A stretch of DNA of 64,000 bases. It comes from an uncultured Chloroflexia bacterium (GTDB taxonomy: Bacteria; Chloroflexota; Limnocylindria; Limnocylindrales; CSP1-4). Where the stretch lies: contig CAVSXV010000012.1 of NCBI GenBank assembly GCA_963731995.1, forward strand, positions 6,500 through 70,499, given 5' to 3'. The notes below the pieces were generated by a model, which saw only the letters and a list, made by a program, of their open reading frames with translations, searched no databases and was not told the origin of the DNA. The position numbers and the translations under genes are program-made. This document shows positions 1-12,511 of this stretch, piece after piece (positions within the stretch are counted from its first letter, which is position 1; every line of letters begins with the position of its first letter).

Positions 1-267
1 CGCTCGCCGGTGGCGAGCTGCCCGAGGGCTTCGGCGAGGAGTTCAACGTCTTCCTCGCCGAGGGGGCCCGGCCGGCCGCCGAGGGCGATGGGGCAGGCGA
101 GAACCCCTTCCTCGAGGAGGCTGAGCAGAAGGCCCAGGCCGAGGCCGACGCCGAGGCCACGCCCGAGCCCAACCCCTTCCTCGAAGGCGAGGCCACGCCG
201 GCCCCCGCCGAGGCGGAGAGCCGAACCCAACCCGCTCCTCGAAGACGCAGAAGCGTCCGAGGACTGA
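1..267 (+). CDS. 3' end of upstream CDS (unknown product); acidic low-complexity tail with repeated NPFLE/NPLLE motifs; reading frame appears to jump from frame 3 to frame 1 near 215-225
   Basis: High GC3 in frame 3 from position 3 (…ENPFLEEAEQKAQAEADAEATPEPNPFLEGEATPAPAEAE). The last 15 residues (EPNPLLEDAEASED, stop 265-267) continue the same motif in frame 1. A direct DNA repeat aaccccttcctcga occurs at 102-115 and 171-184, with a degenerate copy at 229-242. Confidence 0.3.
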   Translation, partial: RSPVASCPRASARSSTSSSPRGPGRPPRAMGQARTPSSRRLSRRPRPRPTPRPRPSPTPSSKARPRRPPPRRRAEPNPLLEDAEASED

Positions 268-292
268 GCCCTGAGCGGGCCGGAGGGCGTCG

Positions 293-321
293 TTGACGTC
301 CCTGCGGCCCGCTGCTAGACT
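293..321 (+). promoter_or_regulatory. Candidate sigma70-type promoter of the rpsL-rpsG-fusA-tuf operon: TTGACG (293-298), 17-nt spacer, TAGACT (316-321)
   Basis: Hexamers read directly; consensus-like -35 with canonical 17-bp spacing; located ~230 nt upstream of the rpsL start and downstream of the preceding gene's stop. Confidence 0.45.
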
Positions 322-548
322 TTGCGGTCGCGGCTGAAATCGGCCGTGTCGGTTCTGTGCGCGCCGCCAGACGGACGGGGAGCACACCGAGTGGCGCCCC
401 CGAAGGGGACCCCCACGCGGGCCCGTACCGGGACCCAGGACGCCGCCAAGTCAGATCCAGAACACCGCCAGACACAGGGATCGCGCGCGCCGCGCGACCC
501 GATGACCGCGTCGACGAGACGCCCATCGAAAAGGGAGACGAACGCTCC

Positions 549-961
<413 letters not shown>

Positions 962-962
<1 letters not shown>

Positions 963-1426
963 TGCCCCGACGTTCGAAGATCCCTCGCAAGGTCAAGTAT
1001 TCGCCGCCGCTGACGCGAACCACGGATCGCTTCGTGGTCAAGCTGATGACGAACGGCAAGAAGGGCCTGGCCGAGAAGATCCTGCGCCAGGCCCTGGCTC
1101 GCGCCGAGGCTTCGGCCGGTCGGCCCGGGCTCGAGGTCCTCGACGCGGCCTTGCGCAACGCCACCCCCATCATCGAAGTCAAGCCCCGCCGCGTCGGCGG
1201 CGCCACCTACCAGGTGCCCGTCGAGATCCGCGGCGAGCGCCGCACCAGTCTGGGCGTGCGCTGGCTCGTGCAGGCCGCGCGCAAGCGCAGCGGCAAGTCC
1301 ATGAGCGAGAAGCTGGCCTTCGAGCTGGTCGATGCCATGAATGGCCTCGGGGCCGCTGTGAAGCGCCGCGAGGACACCCACAAGATGGCCGACGCCAACA
1401 AGGCGTTCAGCCACTTCCGCTGGTAA
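962..1426 (+). CDS. rpsG: 30S ribosomal protein S7
   Basis: MPRRSKIPRKV…PRRVGGATYQVPVEIRGERR…; ATG overlaps the rpsL stop (taATG). Confidence 0.93.
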
Positions 1427-1462
1427 CAGCGACTACCCCCGTTACGAGGAACCTGTAGACCG

Positions 1463-3536
1463 ATGACACGGAAGTTCCCGCTTGCTCGCACGCGGAACAT
1501 CGGCATCATCGCGCATATCGACGCCGGCAAGACCACCGTCACCGAGCGGATCCTGTTCTACACGGACAAGATCTACAAGATCGGTGAGGTGCATGAGGGC
1601 GCGGCCACGATGGACTGGATGCCCCAGGAACAGGAACGCGGCATCACCATCACGGCCGCGGCCACGACCTGCTTCTGGAAGAACACGCGCATCAACATCA
1701 TCGATACGCCCGGCCACGTGGACTTCACCGTCGAGGTCGAGCGGAGCCTGCGCGTGCTCGATGGTGCGGTCGTCGTGTTCGACGGCGTGGCAGGTGTCGA
1801 GCCCCAGTCCGAGACGGTCTGGCGCCAGGCCGACCGCTACGGCGTACCCCGCTTCTGCTTCATCAACAAGCTCGACCGCACCGGCGCCGACTTCTGGCGT
1901 GGCGTGGAGTCGATCAAGGAGCGCCTCGGCGCCAACGCCGTCCCGGTGCAGATCCCGATCGGCCAGGAAGAGCGCTTCGAGGGCGTGGTCGACCTCGTCG
2001 AGATGAAGGCCATCGTCTACCGGGATGACCTGGGCGCCAAGCCGGAGGTCACCGATATCCCGGCGGACATGCAGGCGGAGGCAGAGAAGCACCGTGCCGT
2101 CCATGATCGAGGCCGTGGCCGAGCTCGACGACGAGCTGACCATGAAGTTCCTCGAAGGTGAGGAGCTCACCGTCGAGGAGATCCGCCACGGCCTGCGAAT
2201 GGGCACGCTCCAGAACCGCATCGTCCCGGTGCTCACCGGTTCGGCGCTCAAGAACAAGGGCGTGCAGCCCATGCTCGACGCGGTCGTGCATTACCTGCCC
2301 AGCCCGCTTGACGTGCCGCCTATCACCGGTACCGACCCCGACGGCAACGAGGTCGCCCTCCCTGCCGATGACAAGGAGCCCTTCGCGGCCCTCGCCTTCA
2401 AGATCGCGGCCGACCCCTTCGTGGGCAAGCTGGCCTTCTTCCGCGTCTACAGCGGCAAGCTCAAGACGGGCTCGTACATCTACAACGCGAGCAAGGGCAA
2501 GAAGGAACGCATCGGCCGCATCGTCGAGCTCCACGCCAACTCGCGCGAGGAGATCGAGGAGGTCTCGGCCGGCGACATCGCCGCCGCGGTCGGGCTCAAG
2601 GACACCTACACCGGTGACACGCTCTGCGACCTCGATCGCCCCGTCATCCTCGAGTCGATGGTCTTCCCGGAGCCCGTCATCGAAGTCGCCATCGAGCCCA
2701 AGACGAAGGCGGACCAGGACAAGCTGGCCGTGGCCCTGCAACGGCTCGCTGAAGAGGACCCCACCTTCCGTGTCCACAACGACGAGGAGTCGGGTCAGAC
2801 CCTCATCGCGGGCATGGGTGAGCTCCACCTCGACGTGCTCGTCGACCGCATGGTCCGCGAGTTCAGGGTGGCGGCCAACGTGGGCAAGCCCCAGGTGTCA
2901 TACCGCGAGACCATCCGCCGCGAGGCGCAGGGCAACGGTCGCTTCGTGCGCCAGACCGGTGGTCGTGGCCAGTACGGCCACGCCGTCATCAAGCTGGAGC
3001 CGGGCGAGAAGGGGAGCGGCTACGAGTTCGTGGACAAGATCGTCGGCGGCATCATCCCGCGCGAGTACATCAAGGCCGTCGACGCCGGTATCCGCGAGGC
3101 CCTCGAGACGGGTGTCTACGCCGGATATCCCATGGTCGACGTCAAGGCCACGCTCTTCGATGGCTCCACGCACGACGTGGACTCCTCGGAGATGGCCTTC
3201 AAGATCGCCGGCTCCATGGCCGCCAAGGCGGCCGTCGAGAAGGCCGACCCGGCCATCCTCGAACCGGTCATGCGCGTCGAGGTCGTCATGCCCGAGGAGT
3301 TCATGGGCGACGTCATCGGCGATCTCAACAGCCGCCGCGGTCACATCGAGGGCATGGATAACCGCAACGGCACCCAGGTGGTCAGCGCCTTCGTGCCGCT
3401 GGCCTCCATGTTCGGCTACGTGACCGACCTTCGCAGCGTGACCCAGGGCCGTGCGACCTCCTCGATGGAGTTCTCGCACTACGCACAGGTGCCCAAGGCC
3501 ATCGCCCAGGAGCTGGTCCAGAAGGCCACGGTCTAG
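1463..3536 (+). CDS. fusA: Elongation factor G, interrupted by an apparent single-base frameshift near 2098-2104 (track ORFs 1463..2161 and 2025..3536 are its two halves)
   Basis: N-terminal half has the GTPase motifs [22 protein letters not shown]-terminal half (…[28 protein letters not shown]…) continues EF-G to the end. The total span is 3n+1 nt; the frame changes within gccgtCcatgatc. Confidence 0.85.
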
Positions 3537-3609
3537 CCATACACAACAGCAACGACGATCCATCAGTCAGCACGCAGTCAACAGGACGTAGCAGAGGACG
3601 ACGACGGTA

Positions 3610-4806
<1,197 letters not shown>

Positions 4807-4812
4807 GGGACG

Positions 4813-5121
4813 ATGGCAAGGCAGCGGATCCGGATCCGCCTCAAGGCATACGATCACCGGCTCCTGGACCAGTCCGCGCTGCAGATCGTGGAGACGGCCC
4901 AGCGCACCGGGGCCGAGGTCGTCGGCCCGGTACCGCTGCCGACCCGCATCGAGAAGTTCACGGTCCTGCGGTCCCCGTTCATCGACAAGGACAGCCGGGA
5001 GCAGTTCGAGATCCGCACGCACAAGCGGCTCATCGACATCCTGGATCCGTCCTCGAAGACCGTAGACGCCCTGATGCGGCTTTCCCTGGCCGCCGGCGTC
5101 GACATCGAGATCAGGATGTAA
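4813..5121 (+). CDS. rpsJ: 30S ribosomal protein S10
   Basis: [29 protein letters not shown]… typical S10. Confidence 0.95.
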   Translation: MARQRIRIRLKAYDHRLLDQSALQIVETAQRTGAEVVGPVPLPTRIEKFTVLRSPFIDKDSREQFEIRTHKRLIDILDPSSKTVDALMRLSLAAGVDIEIRM

Positions 5122-5729
5122 TGAGTATCGGCGTGATCGGCCGCAAGGTCGGAATGACACAGGTCTTCACGGAGGACGGCACGATGGTGCCGGTGTCCGT
5201 GGTGGCCGTCGAACCAAATACCGTGACCCTGCTTCGCACCCAGGAGCAGGACGGCTACACCGCCGTCCAGGTCGGCGCGGGCACGGCCCGGGTGACGACC
5301 AAGCCCCGTGCGGGTCAGCTCAAGGATCTGCCCAAGGTCCGCGACGTGCGCGAGTTCCGCGTGGACGACGTGGCCGGGTACGAGGTCGGCCAGACGCTCG
5401 ACGTGGGCCTCTTCGAGGACGGCGAGTCCGTGGACATCAGCGCCACCTCCAAGGGCAAGGGCTTCGCGGGCACCATCAAGCGCCACCACTTCCGCCGCGG
5501 TCCGGAGACCCATGGCTCCGACTCGCACCGAGCCCCAGGCTCGATCGGCGGCGGTACCTACCCGGGCAAGGTCTTCCGGGGCACGCCGATGGCGGGCCAC
5601 ATGGGCCATGAGCGGGTGACCGTCAAGAACGCCACCATCGTGCGCACCGACGCCGAGCGCAACCTGCTGCTCGTCAAGGGACCGGTCCCCGGCCCCCGCA
5701 ATGCGCTCGTCGTGGTCAGGAAGGCATAG
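5121..5729 (+). CDS. rplC: 50S ribosomal protein L3
   Basis: [20 protein letters not shown]…; start overlaps the rpsJ stop by 1 nt. Confidence 0.95.
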   Translation: MSIGVIGRKVGMTQVFTEDGTMVPVSVVAVEPNTVTLLRTQEQDGYTAVQVGAGTARVTTKPRAGQLKDLPKVRDVREFRVDDVAGYEVGQTLDVGLFEDGESVDISATSKGKGFAGTIKRHHFRRGPETHGSDSHRAPGSIGGGTYPGKVFRGTPMAGHMGHERVTVKNATIVRTDAERNLLLVKGPVPGPRNALVVVRKA

Positions 5730-5733
5730 TCCG

Positions 5734-6357
5734 ATGCCAACGACACCCCTCTTCGACAAGACCGGCTCCGAGGCCGGCACCATCGACCTGCCGGACGCCC
5801 TGTTCGCGGCGCCGGTGAACACCGCGGTCATGCACCAGGCGGTCGTGGCCCAGCTGGCCGGCCGTCGCACCGGCACGGCCAAGGTCAAGACTCGCGCCGA
5901 GGTGCGCGGCGGTGGCCGCAAGCCGTATCGCCAGAAGGGCACCGGCCGCGCCAGGCAGGGCACGGTCTCCGCGCCGCACTACGCCGGCGGCGGCGTCGTC
6001 TTCGGCCCCAGCCCGCGCAAGTACGACAAGCGCCTACCCAAGCGCATGCGTCGGCTGGCCCTCGTGGGTGCGCTCACCGCGAAGTTCGATGATGGCGTCA
6101 TCAAGGTCGTCAACGACCTGCAGCTCGACGCCATCAAGACCCAGCAGCTGCTGAGCCATCTCTCGTCGCTCCACGCGGCGGGCAAGGTCCTCGTGGTCGA
6201 GGACGGCAAGAACGAGGCCCTCGAGCTTTCCGCTCGCAACGTGCCCGGCCTGGTCGTCATCCGCTCTGACTCGCTCAACATCGTCGACGTCATCGATGCC
6301 GACGCCATCGTCATCACCAAGCCCTCGATCTCGACCATGTCGGAGGTGTACGCATGA
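5734..6357 (+). CDS. rplD: 50S ribosomal protein L4
   Basis: [24 protein letters not shown]…; ATG 5734 preceded by AGGAAGG (5718-5724); the longer track ORF (5701) overlaps rplC. Confidence 0.9.
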   Translation: MPTTPLFDKTGSEAGTIDLPDALFAAPVNTAVMHQAVVAQLAGRRTGTAKVKTRAEVRGGGRKPYRQKGTGRARQGTVSAPHYAGGGVVFGPSPRKYDKRLPKRMRRLALVGALTAKFDDGVIKVVNDLQLDAIKTQQLLSHLSSLHAAGKVLVVEDGKNEALELSARNVPGLVVIRSDSLNIVDVIDADAIVITKPSISTMSEVYA

Positions 6358-6656
6358 CCCTCGAGGCCACGCAGATCGTCCTTCGGCCGGTCATCAGCGA
6401 GAAGTCGATGGACCAGTCGACCGTCAACAAGTACACGTTCGCGGTCGCCGACGAAGCCAACAAGATGCAGATCAAGGCTGCCGTCGAAGAGCTCTTCAAG
6501 GTCACCGTGACCAGCGTCAACGTGCTGACCACGAAGCGCAAGGAGAAGTCCCGCAATCGCCGCCGTGGGCGCCAGGTCGGCTACACGTCCCCCTGGAAGA
6601 AGGCCGTCGTGACCATCAAGGCCGGCGACTCGATCGAATTCTTCGAAGGGGTCTAG
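6354..6656 (+). CDS. rplW: 50S ribosomal protein L23
   Basis: [19 protein letters not shown]…; ATGA overlap with rplD. Confidence 0.93.
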   Translation: MTLEATQIVLRPVISEKSMDQSTVNKYTFAVADEANKMQIKAAVEELFKVTVTSVNVLTTKRKEKSRNRRRGRQVGYTSPWKKAVVTIKAGDSIEFFEGV

Positions 6657-6659
6657 ACG

Positions 6660-7487
6660 ATGCCGATTAGGGGCTATAAGCCGACCTCCCCCGGTCGCCG
6701 CTTCATGACGCGGTCGACCTTCGAGGAGATCACCACCGACAAGCCGCACAAGCCGCTGGTCGAGTCCAAGAAGCGCGGCTCCGGCCGCAACTCTCAGGGC
6801 CGTATGACCGTTCGCCATCGCGGCGGCGGGGCCAAGCGCAACTACCGTCGGATCGATTTCAGGCGCGACAAGTGGGACGTGCCCGCGAAGCTCGCGACCA
6901 TCGAGTACGACCCCAACCGCTCGGCGCGTATCGGCCTGCTGCATTACGCAGATGGCGAGAAGCGCTACATCCTGGTCCCCGCGGGACTGCAGGTCGGCGA
7001 CACCGTCGTGGCCGGCACCAAGGCCGAGGCGCGCGTGGGCAACGCCCTGCCGCTCAAGGCCATCCCGCTCGGCACGCAGCTGCACAACATCGAGCTGGTC
7101 CCCGGCAAGGGTGGCCAGATCGTCCGCTCCGCGGGCACCTCGGCACAGCTGATGGCCAAGGAGGGCCAGTACGCCCTCGTGCGCCTGCCCTCGGGCGAGG
7201 TGCGCCGCGTGGACATGCGCTGCATGGCCACCGTCGGCCAGGTCGGCAACATCGATCACGAGAACCAGAGCCTCGGCAAGGCCGGTCGCGCCCGCCACAT
7301 GGGCAAGCGGCCCGAGGTCCGCGGTGTGGTCATGAACCCGAGGGACCATCCCCATGGTGGTGGCGAGGGCAAGTCGCCCACGGGCATGCCGCCCAAGACG
7401 CCCTGGGGTCAGCCGGCCATGGGTCACCGCACCCGTCGCAACAAGAAGTCCGGGAGGCTCATCGCGACCTCCCGTCATCGCAAGTAG
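6660..7487 (+). CDS. rplB: 50S ribosomal protein L2
   Basis: [17 protein letters not shown]…[10 protein letters not shown]…. Confidence 0.96.
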   Translation: MPIRGYKPTSPGRRFMTRSTFEEITTDKPHKPLVESKKRGSGRNSQGRMTVRHRGGGAKRNYRRIDFRRDKWDVPAKLATIEYDPNRSARIGLLHYADGEKRYILVPAGLQVGDTVVAGTKAEARVGNALPLKAIPLGTQLHNIELVPGKGGQIVRSAGTSAQLMAKEGQYALVRLPSGEVRRVDMRCMATVGQVGNIDHENQSLGKAGRARHMGKRPEVRGVVMNPRDHPHGGGEGKSPTGMPPKTPWGQPAMGHRTRRNKKSGRLIATSRHRK

Positions 7488-7502
7488 GCAAGGAGGAACG
7501 AC

Positions 7503-7787
7503 ATGTCACGTTCCCTGAAGAAGGGCCCGTTCGTCGAGCAGCGGCTCCTGGCCCGCGTGCAGACGATGAACAGCAAGAACGAGAAGAAGGTGCTCAAGAC
7601 CTGGTCGCGTGCCAGCGTCATCTTCCCCGACTTCATCGGTCACACCGTGGCCGTCTACAACGGCAAGAAGCACATCCCGGTCTTCATCTCCGAGAACATG
7701 GTCGGCCACCGGCTTGGTGAGTTCGCCCCCACCCGCAATTACCGCGGGCATGGGCGTCACACCGAGCGGTCGACGTCGCTGAAGTAG
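7503..7787 (+). CDS. rpsS: 30S ribosomal protein S19
   Basis: [19 protein letters not shown]…[24 protein letters not shown]. Confidence 0.96.
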   Translation: MSRSLKKGPFVEQRLLARVQTMNSKNEKKVLKTWSRASVIFPDFIGHTVAVYNGKKHIPVFISENMVGHRLGEFAPTRNYRGHGRHTERSTSLK

Positions 7788-7795
7788 GGGCCGCG

Positions 7796-8134
7796 ATGCG
7801 AGTTTCTGCTACCGCCAAGTACATCCGCCGCTCTACGCGCAAGACGCGCCTGGTGACCCGGGCCATCGTCGGACGCCCCGTGGAGGAGGCGGCGGCCATC
7901 CTGCAGTTCATGCCGCAGGGTGCCGCCCGGGACGTGGCCAAGGTGCTCAAGAGCGCCACGGCCAACGCCGAGAACAACCATGATCTCCCCGCCGATGAGC
8001 TCATCGTCGCGGAGGCCACTGCCAACGAGGGACCAACCATCAAGCGCTGGCGACCACGCGCTCAGGGACGCGCATTTCCCATCAACAAGCCCATGACCCA
8101 CATCACGGTCGTGGTCGAGAACCGGGAGGCCTAG
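7796..8134 (+). CDS. rplV: 50S ribosomal protein L22
   Basis: [20 protein letters not shown]…. Confidence 0.93.
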   Translation: MRVSATAKYIRRSTRKTRLVTRAIVGRPVEEAAAILQFMPQGAARDVAKVLKSATANAENNHDLPADELIVAEATANEGPTIKRWRPRAQGRAFPINKPMTHITVVVENREA

Positions 8135-8136
8135 GC

Positions 8137-8808
8137 ATGGGACACAAGGTCCACCCCAACGGCTTCCGGCTGGGCGTCTCGCGCACCTGGAACGCCAAGT
8201 GGTACTCGGACAAGGAGTACACCGAGCTGCTGCGCGAGGACATCGCCATCCGCACGCTCGTCAAGAAGCGCCTTGCCAACGCCAGCGTCTCGCTGGTGGA
8301 GATCGAGCGCGGCATCAACCATGTCACGGTCACCGTGCACACGGCCAAGCCGGGCATCGTCATCGGCAAGGGCGGCGCCAACGTCGAAGCGCTGCGCCAG
8401 GCTGTCGGCAAGCTCACTGACCGCAAGGTCAAGCTGGAGATCCGCGAGATCCGCCAGCCGGAGCTCGACGGTGTCCTGGTGGCCACCAACATCGCCCAGC
8501 AGCTGACCCGCCGCATCGCCTTCCGCAAGGCCATCAAGCAGTCCATCCAGCGGACCATGAAGGCCGGCGCCAAGGGCGTGAAGGTGCAGGTCTCCGGCCG
8601 CCTCGGCGGCTCCGAGATGGCCCGCCGTGAATGGGACAAGGAAGGCCGCATCCCGCTGGGCACCCTGCGTGCCGACATCAGCTACGGCCAGGTCCTGAGC
8701 CGCACCACCTACGGCGCCATCGGCGTCAAGGTCTGGATCTACCGCGGCGACATCATTCCCGAGAAGACCGCCCCCAACGAGGCCGTCGTGGCCGGGGGAG
8801 GGGCGTAG
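8137..8808 (+). CDS. rpsC: 30S ribosomal protein S3
   Basis: [28 protein letters not shown]…. Confidence 0.96.
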   Translation: MGHKVHPNGFRLGVSRTWNAKWYSDKEYTELLREDIAIRTLVKKRLANASVSLVEIERGINHVTVTVHTAKPGIVIGKGGANVEALRQAVGKLTDRKVKLEIREIRQPELDGVLVATNIAQQLTRRIAFRKAIKQSIQRTMKAGAKGVKVQVSGRLGGSEMARREWDKEGRIPLGTLRADISYGQVLSRTTYGAIGVKVWIYRGDIIPEKTAPNEAVVAGGGA

Positions 8809-8810
8809 CC

Positions 8811-9239
8811 ATGTTGATGCCCCGTCGCGTCAAGCACCGCAAGCAGCAGCGTGGCCGCATGAGCGGCATCGCCAAGGGTGGTTCGACCATCGCCTTCGGC
8901 GACTACGCGCTGATGACCGAGGAGCCTGGCTACATCACCAGCCGCCAGATCGAGGCCGCTCGACGTGCCATGACCCGCTACGTTCGCCGTGGCGGCAAGA
9001 TCTGGATCCGCATCTTCCCCGACAAGCCGGTCACCAAGAAGCCGGCCGAGGTCCGGATGGGCAAGGGCAAGGGCGCAGCCGACCACTGGGTCGCCGTCGT
9101 CAAGCCTGGCCGCATCCTGTTCGAGATGGCCGGCGTCCCGCACGAGGACGCGGTCGAGGCCATGCGCCTGGCCAGCCACAAGCTGCCCACCAGCGTGAAG
9201 GTCCTGATCAGAGAGGGGGTCCATGATGGAGATCGCTAA
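8811..9239 (+). CDS. rplP: 50S ribosomal protein L16
   Basis: [24 protein letters not shown]… begins at ATG 8811 immediately after the rpsC stop. The track ORF from 8631 is an in-frame upstream extension inside rpsC. Confidence 0.9.
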   Translation: MLMPRRVKHRKQQRGRMSGIAKGGSTIAFGDYALMTEEPGYITSRQIEAARRAMTRYVRRGGKIWIRIFPDKPVTKKPAEVRMGKGKGAADHWVAVVKPGRILFEMAGVPHEDAVEAMRLASHKLPTSVKVLIREGVHDGDR

Positions 9240-9459
9240 GGCCCGCGGCCTCTCGGAGCAGGAGCTCTTCGAGGAGCTGGAGTCGGCCCGCCGTCATCTC
9301 TATGACCTGCGTTTCCAGCTGGCCACGCGCCAGCTCACCGATTACAGCCAGATCTCGCAGACGCGCAAGGACATCGCCCGCCTGCTCACCGTCCAGACCG
9401 AGCGCAGGCTCGACGACGAGGCGGCGAGCGGCACCAGCGCGACTGCCGGAGGAGAGTAG
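9223..9459 (+). CDS. rpmC: 50S ribosomal protein L29
   Basis: [38 protein letters not shown]…; overlaps the rplP 3' end by 17 nt (alternative ATG at 9226). Confidence 0.85.
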   Translation: MMEIAKARGLSEQELFEELESARRHLYDLRFQLATRQLTDYSQISQTRKDIARLLTVQTERRLDDEAASGTSATAGGE

Positions 9460-9903
9460 ATGAGCGCCGCCACAGCACCCGCGCGCGGAAAGCGCAAGGC
9501 CAAGGTCGGCCGCGTCGTTTCCGACAAGATGGACAAGACCATCGTCGTCTCGGTCGAGCGCCTCGCCCGTCACCGTATCTACAAGCGCGTCATCCGCCTG
9601 ACCACCAAGTTCAAGGCGCATGACGAGAACAACGAGGCTCACGTCGGCGACACCGTGCGCATCGAGGAGTCTCGCCCGCTCTCCGCGACGAAGCGCTGGC
9701 GCCTCGCCGAGATCGTGACCAAGGCCGGCCTCGGGGCCGGTGAGGACGTGGTCTCCGAGGAGGCCGAGACCGCCGAGGCCATCCATATGCGTGCCCATCC
9801 AGGCAGGGTCAAGGCCGAGGAAGCTGAGGCCACCGCAGCAGCTGCGGGCGCCGACGAAGCCCCGGTCGAGGCGCCCGCGGAAGGCGAGGAGGCGCCCGCA
9901 TGA
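9460..9903 (+). CDS. rpsQ: 30S ribosomal protein S17 with ~55-aa acidic/Ala-rich C-terminal extension
   Basis: Core [40 protein letters not shown]…RWRLAEIV is S17. The ORF continues without a stop to 9903 (…[29 protein letters not shown]). Confidence 0.88.
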   Translation: MSAATAPARGKRKAKVGRVVSDKMDKTIVVSVERLARHRIYKRVIRLTTKFKAHDENNEAHVGDTVRIEESRPLSATKRWRLAEIVTKAGLGAGEDVVSEEAETAEAIHMRAHPGRVKAEEAEATAAAAGADEAPVEAPAEGEEAPA

Positions 9904-10268
9904 TCCAGCCCAGCAGCCGCGTGCGCGTAGCCGATAACACCGGGGCTCGGGTCATCGAGTGCATCCGCATCATGGGCCGCTCGCAGAAGCCCACGGCCGG
10001 GGTCGGTGACGTCATCGTCGCCTCCGTCAAGCAGGCCATCCCCAACGCGGCGGTCAAGAAGGGCGACATCGTCCAGGCCGTCATCGTGCGCACGGCCAAG
10101 GAATACGGACGCCCCGACGGGAGCTACATCCGCTTCGACGAGAACGCGGCGGTGCTCATCAACAACCAGGGCAACCCGCGCGGAACGCGCATCTTCGGCC
10201 CCGTGGCTCGCGAGCTGCGTGACCGTGACTACATGAAGATCATCTCGCTCGCTCCGGAGGTGCTGTAG
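9900..10268 (+). CDS. rplN: 50S ribosomal protein L14
   Basis: [24 protein letters not shown]…. Confidence 0.96.
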   Translation: MIQPSSRVRVADNTGARVIECIRIMGRSQKPTAGVGDVIVASVKQAIPNAAVKKGDIVQAVIVRTAKEYGRPDGSYIRFDENAAVLINNQGNPRGTRIFGPVARELRDRDYMKIISLAPEVL

Positions 10269-10727
10269 ATGGCACCGTCAGTCAAGCCTCGCCGCCACAC
10301 CCGCGTCCCGGACCTGCGTTCGGGTGACGAGGTCGTGGTGCTCAAGGGCAAGGACGCCGGCAAGCGTGGTGTCGTCCACAAGGTGCTGCGCCACCAGCAG
10401 GGCTGGGCTCGCTCGACCGAGCGGTTCGGATCGGGCTGGCAGGACAAGGCGCCCCTGTCGGGCGCGGCGGTCGTGATCGAGGGTGTCAACATCGCCAAGC
10501 GGCACACCAAGCCGCGCCAGGTGGCAGGCCGGACGGAGCGCCAGCCCCGTATCCAGCAGGGTGGCATCCTCGATATCGCCCAGCCCATCGCCATCAGCAA
10601 CGTCATGCTCGTTTGTCCGCACTGCTCTCGCCCGACCCGCGTTCGTCATGAGCGCTCCGGCGACGGCCGCAGCATCCGCATCTGCAGGCACTGCAGCGAG
10701 ACCGTGACCCGAGCGGAGGGCAAGTAG
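10269..10727 (+). CDS. rplX: 50S ribosomal protein L24 (KOW) with internal insertion and C-terminal CxxC-X17-CxxC zinc-ribbon extension
   Basis: KOW motif [20 protein letters not shown] and [12 protein letters not shown]… are L24-like. 152 aa against the typical ~105; the tail contains [29 protein letters not shown]. Confidence 0.88.
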   Translation: MAPSVKPRRHTRVPDLRSGDEVVVLKGKDAGKRGVVHKVLRHQQGWARSTERFGSGWQDKAPLSGAAVVIEGVNIAKRHTKPRQVAGRTERQPRIQQGGILDIAQPIAISNVMLVCPHCSRPTRVRHERSGDGRSIRICRHCSETVTRAEGK

Positions 10728-11269
10728 TGAGCAGCGGACTGCGACAGCGCTACGAAGAAGAGGTCGTGCCGGCACTGGTCAAGGAGTTCGAATACCAGAA
10801 CCCCATGGAAGTGCCGCGCCTGACCAAGATCACCGTCAACATCGGCCTGGGTGAAGCGCTCACCAACAGCAAGGCCGTCGAGGCCGCCGTGGCAGACATG
10901 ACCACCATCACCGGCCAGAAGCCGGTGGTCACCAAAGCCAAGCGCTCGATCGCCCAGTTCAAGATCCGCGAGGGCAACACCATCGGCGTCAAGGTCACCC
11001 TGCGTGGCCAGCGCATGTGGGACTTCCTCGAGCGGCTGACCCGGCTGGCCCTGCCCCGTATCCGCGACTTCCGAGGCGTGCCCTCCAAGTCGTTCGACGG
11101 GCGTGGCAACTACTCGCTGGGCCTGCGTGAACAGCTCGCCTTCCCCGAGATCGACTACGACAAGGTCGATCGCCTGCGCGGGCTGGAGATGACGGTCGTG
11201 ACCACCGCCAAGTCCGACGAGGAAGGGCAGCGCCTGCTGGCCCTCCTCGGCATGCCCTTCGAGAACTAA
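10727..11269 (+). CDS. rplE: 50S ribosomal protein L5
   Basis: …[14 protein letters not shown]…; GTG start overlapping the rplX stop. Confidence 0.94.
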   Translation: MSSGLRQRYEEEVVPALVKEFEYQNPMEVPRLTKITVNIGLGEALTNSKAVEAAVADMTTITGQKPVVTKAKRSIAQFKIREGNTIGVKVTLRGQRMWDFLERLTRLALPRIRDFRGVPSKSFDGRGNYSLGLREQLAFPEIDYDKVDRLRGLEMTVVTTAKSDEEGQRLLALLGMPFEN

Positions 11270-11280
11270 GGAGCGACCGA

Positions 11281-11466
11281 ATGGCCAAGAAGTCCCTGAT
11301 CGCCAAGGCGAAGCGCGAGCCGCGCTTCCCAGTGCGCTCCTACCACCGCTGCTTCGTCTGCGGCCGCTCCCGTGCCTATATGCGCCGGTTCGGCCTTTGC
11401 CGTATCTGCTTCCGGGAGCGTGCCCTGATGGGCGAGCTGCCGGGCGTCACCAAGTCGAGCTGGTAG
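11281..11466 (+). CDS. rpsN: 30S ribosomal protein S14 type Z (zinc-binding, 61 aa)
   Basis: [61 protein letters not shown] with CxxC…CxxC. Confidence 0.95.
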   Translation: MAKKSLIAKAKREPRFPVRSYHRCFVCGRSRAYMRRFGLCRICFRERALMGELPGVTKSSW

Positions 11467-11470
11467 GCCC

Positions 11471-11866
11471 ATGAACATCTCAGATCCCATCGCCGACATG
11501 CTTACGCGCATCCGCAACGCCAGCCGGGCGCGCCACGACGCGGTCACCGTACCTGCGTCCAGGACCAAGTTGGCGATCGCCGCCATCCTGCGCGACGAAG
11601 GCTTCATCGAAGACTTCTCCGAGTCACAAGCAGGTCCCCGCAAGAACATCGACATCCAGCTCAAGTACGTGGGCAAGGTGCCGGTGGTCAGCGGCCTCAA
11701 GCGCATCAGCAAGCCCGGTCTCCGGGTCTACGCATCAAAGACGGAGATCCCCCGCGTGCTGGGTGGACTCGGAGTCGTCATCGTCAGCACGAGCCAGGGC
11801 ATCATGACCGGTCAGCAGGCTCGCAAGAGCCAGCTCGGCGGCGAGGTCCTGGCCTACATCTGGTAG
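11471..11866 (+). CDS. rpsH: 30S ribosomal protein S8
   Basis: [17 protein letters not shown]…. Confidence 0.96.
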   Translation: MNISDPIADMLTRIRNASRARHDAVTVPASRTKLAIAAILRDEGFIEDFSESQAGPRKNIDIQLKYVGKVPVVSGLKRISKPGLRVYASKTEIPRVLGGLGVVIVSTSQGIMTGQQARKSQLGGEVLAYIW

Positions 11867-11875
11867 GCGAGACGA

Positions 11876-12424
11876 ATGTCACGAGTCGGCAAGCTTCCGA
11901 TCACCATCCCCTCAGGCGTCGATGTCGCCGTCGAGGGCAACCACATCAAGGTCAAGGGCCCCAAGGGCTCGCTCGAGCGTGACATCACGCCGGTGCTGTC
12001 GGTCGTCACCGAGGACGGCCAGCTGCGCGTCGAGCGCCCCGACGAGGAGAAGCGCTCGCGCGAGCTCCACGGCCTGACCCGTACGCTCATCAACAACATG
12101 GTCGTGGGTGTGACCGAGGGCTACACCCGCAATCTCGAGATCCAGGGCGTCGGCTACCGTGCCCAGCTGGTGGGCAAGAAGCTGCAGCTCAACCTGGGCT
12201 ACAGCCATCCCATCGAGATCGATCCGCCCGAAGGCATCACCTTCGCGGTGGAGACCCCCACCAAGGTCGCCGTGACCGGCATCGACAAGCAGCTGGTCGG
12301 GCAGATCGCGGCGCAGGTGCGCGCCACTCGCAAGCCTGAGCCCTACAAGGGCAAGGGTGTCCGTTACGCGGGCGAGGTCGTGCGTCGCAAGGCCGGCAAG
12401 GCCGGCAAGATCGGCGGCGCCTAG
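11876..12424 (+). CDS. rplF: 50S ribosomal protein L6
   Basis: [31 protein letters not shown]…. Confidence 0.96.
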   Translation: MSRVGKLPITIPSGVDVAVEGNHIKVKGPKGSLERDITPVLSVVTEDGQLRVERPDEEKRSRELHGLTRTLINNMVVGVTEGYTRNLEIQGVGYRAQLVGKKLQLNLGYSHPIEIDPPEGITFAVETPTKVAVTGIDKQLVGQIAAQVRATRKPEPYKGKGVRYAGEVVRRKAGKAGKIGGA

Positions 12425-12511
12425 GCACCCCGGTGCACTCACGTTCGAGACAAACCCTGGTCGCGGCGCCGATACGGCGCCCCGGCCGCTAGCAGGAGAC
12501 CGACGACCGCG

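Noticed and set aside
357-548. N-terminal 64 codons of the 201-aa track ORF preceding S12
   Set aside because: S12 homology begins at VPTISQLV (GTG 549 with an AAGGGAG RBS). The upstream part is Arg/Pro-rich leader sequence in frame by chance.
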